A stretch of 64,000 nucleotides of DNA, taken from Anthoceros angustus. Its lineage: Eukaryota; Plantae; Anthocerotophyta. The translations under genes and the position numbers were made by a program. Positions 61,241 through 64,000 of the stretch are shown one piece after another. Positions within the stretch are counted from its first letter, which is position 1. Every line of letters starts with the position of its first letter. Below the pieces are notes generated by a model. That model worked only from the letters and a program-made list of their open reading frames with translations, was not told the DNA's origin and searched no databases. The DNA lies in the NCBI GenBank assembly GCA_010909165.1, contig VJWM01000317.1:1-64000 (forward strand). The letters run 5' to 3'.

Positions 61241-62654
61241 TTCTGCTGCTGCTCGGCCCGGCGGAATCGACCTCGCGGTCTTTGGGTGTGTCGTCTCTCG
61301 ATTGCGCTCATTGCGGCAGCCGCTCACTAGGGTTGTAAACTCCCCCAGTGCATCGTCCCGTTCTTGGCCACCGTGGTGGGCGGCTACCTCCGCAGCTGCG
61401 CTGTGGCGGTGTAGGCACCTAACATATATAGACACTTTCTTATTTCTAAAATCACCAAAACCCAAGGACTCTATCTCAGAGCCTACCTATCAGGGTCGAA
61501 AAACCTAAGGTTCAAAAGAAAATTATTATCCCAAGGGCCAAGGACCATTCTCGTATAAAAGACCTTACCCAGGCGATTCTCAAAGCACTTTGCTATACAA
61601 ACACTCCCAAAACAAAAAAAATCGTTCATCCCGACACTTCAGAGAGGGGTTAGTGTATATGTGGTCTTCCACAAGCAACCAGAAGGTTTTGTTGAGAAGG
61701 GCAAAGAGAATCGGTGTGCGAGGTTGAGGAAGAGCCTTTATGGTTTGAAGCAGGCACCAGTGGTATCACAAGTTCCACTCATTTATGCTTTCTCAAGGCT
61801 ACAAGCGTGGCGATGAGGATCATTGCCTCTATCTGAAGCAAGCTAAGGATCAAAGCTTGCTCATTTGATCCTCTATGTGGATGATATGCTAATTCTTTGA
61901 GCAGTCTTGATGAGATTTCGTTGAAGTCAAAGTTGAATGCTCAGCTTGAAATGACAGACTTGGGAGAGGCGAGCCATATACTTGGCATGCGTATTCGTCG
62001 GAACAGACATAATTATCTGCTTTATTTGTCTCAGACGGAATACGTTAACAGAGTGCTTCAATGTTTCAACACGGAGAAGGGGAAACCATTGGGTACTCCA
62101 TTGCCTCCATATGTGAAACTTTCAAGCGCGGATTGCCCAAGCTACGAGGAGGACAAAGGCTGAAATGGAGAAGGTCCCATACTCATCATGTAGGGAGTTT
62201 GATGTATGCAATGATTGCTACCGTCGACATTGCCTTTGCGGTGGGAGTGGTTAGCGGTTTATGTCAAACCACGGCAAGAAGCATTGGGAGGCGATAAAAG
62301 GAGTTATGAGGTCACAGATGGTACAAAAGCTTTGTGCATATGTTTTGGTAGTGAAGATGCATGTGTGGTTGGGTACAGATCGCGATTATCACGAGGATAT
62401 GGACAAAGGAGGTCCACATCGAGTTATGTCTTCATACCTTTGGAGGCGATCTCATGGCGATCTCGTTTGCGATCGTGCATTCGCTATCTACCACAGGGAG
62501 TATGTTGCGACAGAGGCTTGCAAGGAAGCCATATGGCTTGCTCGTTTAGTGGGAGACTTGGGGATCAAGGTTGAGCTGCCAGTGTTGCATTGTAATAGCC
62601 AGAGTGCTATCCAATTGGCAAAGAATCCAGTGTTTCATGCGAAGACTAAACATG

Positions 62655-63138
62655 TGTGAGTGTGGCGCCCTTGTGTGTGCGTGAGAGCGGTTGTGAGGGC
62701 TCCGAGGGACGTTGGCCCTAGGAGTCAATGTGTGCGTCAAGAGTGGAGAGCAAAATAAAGTCGGATCTGTGCGCAGGGGTAGCCGTCCGTGGCAGGGAAT
62801 CACGGCGCCGCGCACCAGATTAAATTGCTAGGGTTTGGTGTGGGACCCACCCCGGTAGTCGTAGCAACTACTCGGTAGTGGTGAGAGCCACCGCGGTAGT
62901 AGGCCGGAAACGGGGGTTGTGGAATAAGACTTATGGTAGTTAGACCAGTCGGAAGGTAGTGGTAATTGAGTAGATATGTGATAGTAGGTAAGTCCTGACT
63001 TAGGTGAAGGTTAGTAGCGATAGAAGTTAGCGTTCCTTGGCACAAACCATTCCCTTGGGAGCGAATCCTGGGCCTACAACGACATTGAGGGTGAATGTGG
63101 ACCTCAGGGTGTCCCTAGACACAAGTTTAGACCCCACA
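62655..63138 (+). repeat. 5' LTR (~484 bp) of another Athila-like element (family D) inserted in the Copia RNase H
   Basis: Copia stops at KTKH(V). The insert starts TGTGAG and ends GACCCCACA, followed by a PBS. Confidence 0.8.
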
Positions 63139-63141
63139 TTT

Positions 63142-63159
63142 TGGCGCCGTTGCCGGGGA
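63142..63159 (+). other. Primer binding site, 18-nt match to tRNA-Asp(GTC) 3' end
   Basis: TGGCGCCGTTGCCGGGGA, the canonical Athila PBS. Confidence 0.9.
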
Positions 63160-63544
63160 ATGAAACTGCTGTCAAGGACGTAGGTAGAATTAACAAAAGC
63201 CTAAGTAGAGAGTCTAAGTATTGATAGGTTGATAGATGGATGCCTCGGGTGAAGACAAGCGACTGTGGGTCTGACTATGGGGAAACGCCCTTGGCAAAGC
63301 GACAACGCCAAGCAGCGGAAAGGTTGCAGAGTGTCACAAGGAGGGCGCAGTGGGAGGCCATACCTGCTGGACGAGGAAAAGGAATAAGGAGTCAGCCGGG
63401 AATCGAGGGTCGGATCCTATTCTAGCCAGATTCCCAACTCTTGGCTATGGAAGAGGTACAAGGGCCCAGGTACCCCAACCCGACCCCGCTTTTCGATCTT
63501 CGTTCCAGATTGCCCGGCCAGCTTCAGTCCAGTCAAACTTTGTG

Positions 63545-63730
63545 GGCGTGGAAGTCAGTCCAGACGTGCTTTGGTATACCATAAGGAAGCACTGGCATCC
63601 TCAAAAGCGCAAGTAGCTGCAGTTTAGTGGTATTTGCCTAGTGGATATATATGCCAAATGTGGCTAATTGGGAGATGTGTGCCGGGTTTCAAAAAGCCAG
63701 GGCGGATTTGTGGACAATGGATGCCAATTT
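63545..63730 (+). pseudogene. Degenerate PPR-repeat gene fragment inside the 5' region of family D
   Basis: EVSPDV ... GSTGIL ... GICLVDIYAKCG*LGDVCRV, resembling the PLS-class PPR consensus (ALVDMYAKCG.L.DA..VF). Confidence 0.5.
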
Positions 63731-64000
63731 GCTCTAGTCACCGGGGAACCTTGCAACCATCGCTGCTCAGTCGCCTTTCCAGCTTCACGGGGCGACATCC
63801 AGTTGACATGAGAACTCACACGCTTGCATGCCAACCAAAATATGGAGTCCCCACGCTTGAGACAGATCAAAACAGGCTCTTTAATTTTGGCAGCAAGAGT
63901 AGGAGGCCCGTTCATTTCAGCAGTAGCCGAGGCAAGAGTCCCTGACTATTCTGCGGTGTAGAAAGAAATCTGAGAATTTTTCTTCCATATAATAAAAGCT

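Larger units (their letters stand above)
57862..61673. mobile_element. 3.8-kb TG..CA-bounded insertion (family C, probably an LTR-retrotransposon derivative) with 5-bp TSD AGCAA
   Basis: ATGTAGCAA|TGTGGAA ... TTCCACA|AGCAACCAGAAGGTTTT. Removing it restores Copia YM.QPEGF. The left end is also repeated at ~55251, 55850 and 56901. Confidence 0.85.
54658..62654 (+). mobile_element. Ty1/Copia (Tnt1/Tork-like) RT and RNase H region, 5' part repeated about four times and interrupted by a nested insertion
   Basis: [73 protein letters not shown], then after 61674 QPEGF, SLYGLKQAP, LYVDDML, MTDLGEASHILGMRI, VGSLMYAM, KKHWEAIK, EACKEAIWL, NSQSAIQLAKNPVFHAKTKHV. Confidence 0.92.

Overview
This is eukaryotic, repeat-saturated nuclear DNA, about 50% GC, probably from a non-seed land plant (inferred from Athila-like Gypsy elements, a Tnt1-like Copia, spliceosomal introns and a PPR remnant). 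No intact host gene is visible. Every repeat copy carries its own scattered 1-nt deletions, so the sequence looks like unpolished long-read data and frameshifts should not be read as proof of pseudogenisation. Positions 1-39725 are a tandem and inverted array of one Athila-like Ty3/Gypsy family (family A). It has ~1.05-kb LTRs, a tRNA-Asp-type PBS, gag/RT/RNaseH/integrase remnants and two extra ORFs after pol, and neighbouring copies share LTRs. Positions 53534-64000 hold a further Gypsy LTR, then a Copia RT/RNaseH region interrupted by a TG..CA insertion with a 5-bp TSD and by the 5' LTR and PBS of another Athila-like element. The main result is at 39726-53533: a ~13.8-kb DNA transposon (~9.9 kb after collapsing tandem duplications) with perfect 19-bp terminal inverted repeats, inserted at CATG just upstream of a Gypsy polypurine tract. 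Five empty copies of that site are present in the window. The element carries two divergent intron-containing genes. One is a Sola-like DDE transposase (minus strand). The other is a ParB/Srx-like domain (VLGGNHTFAA) apparently spliced to a beta-class N4C/N6A DNA methyltransferase domain (DVPxG ... PYQxP..LMMKLIKTFS ... WILDACAGSGSSLMAAL..GRNCISIE). All protein assignments are motif recognition by eye across frameshifts and need HMM confirmation.
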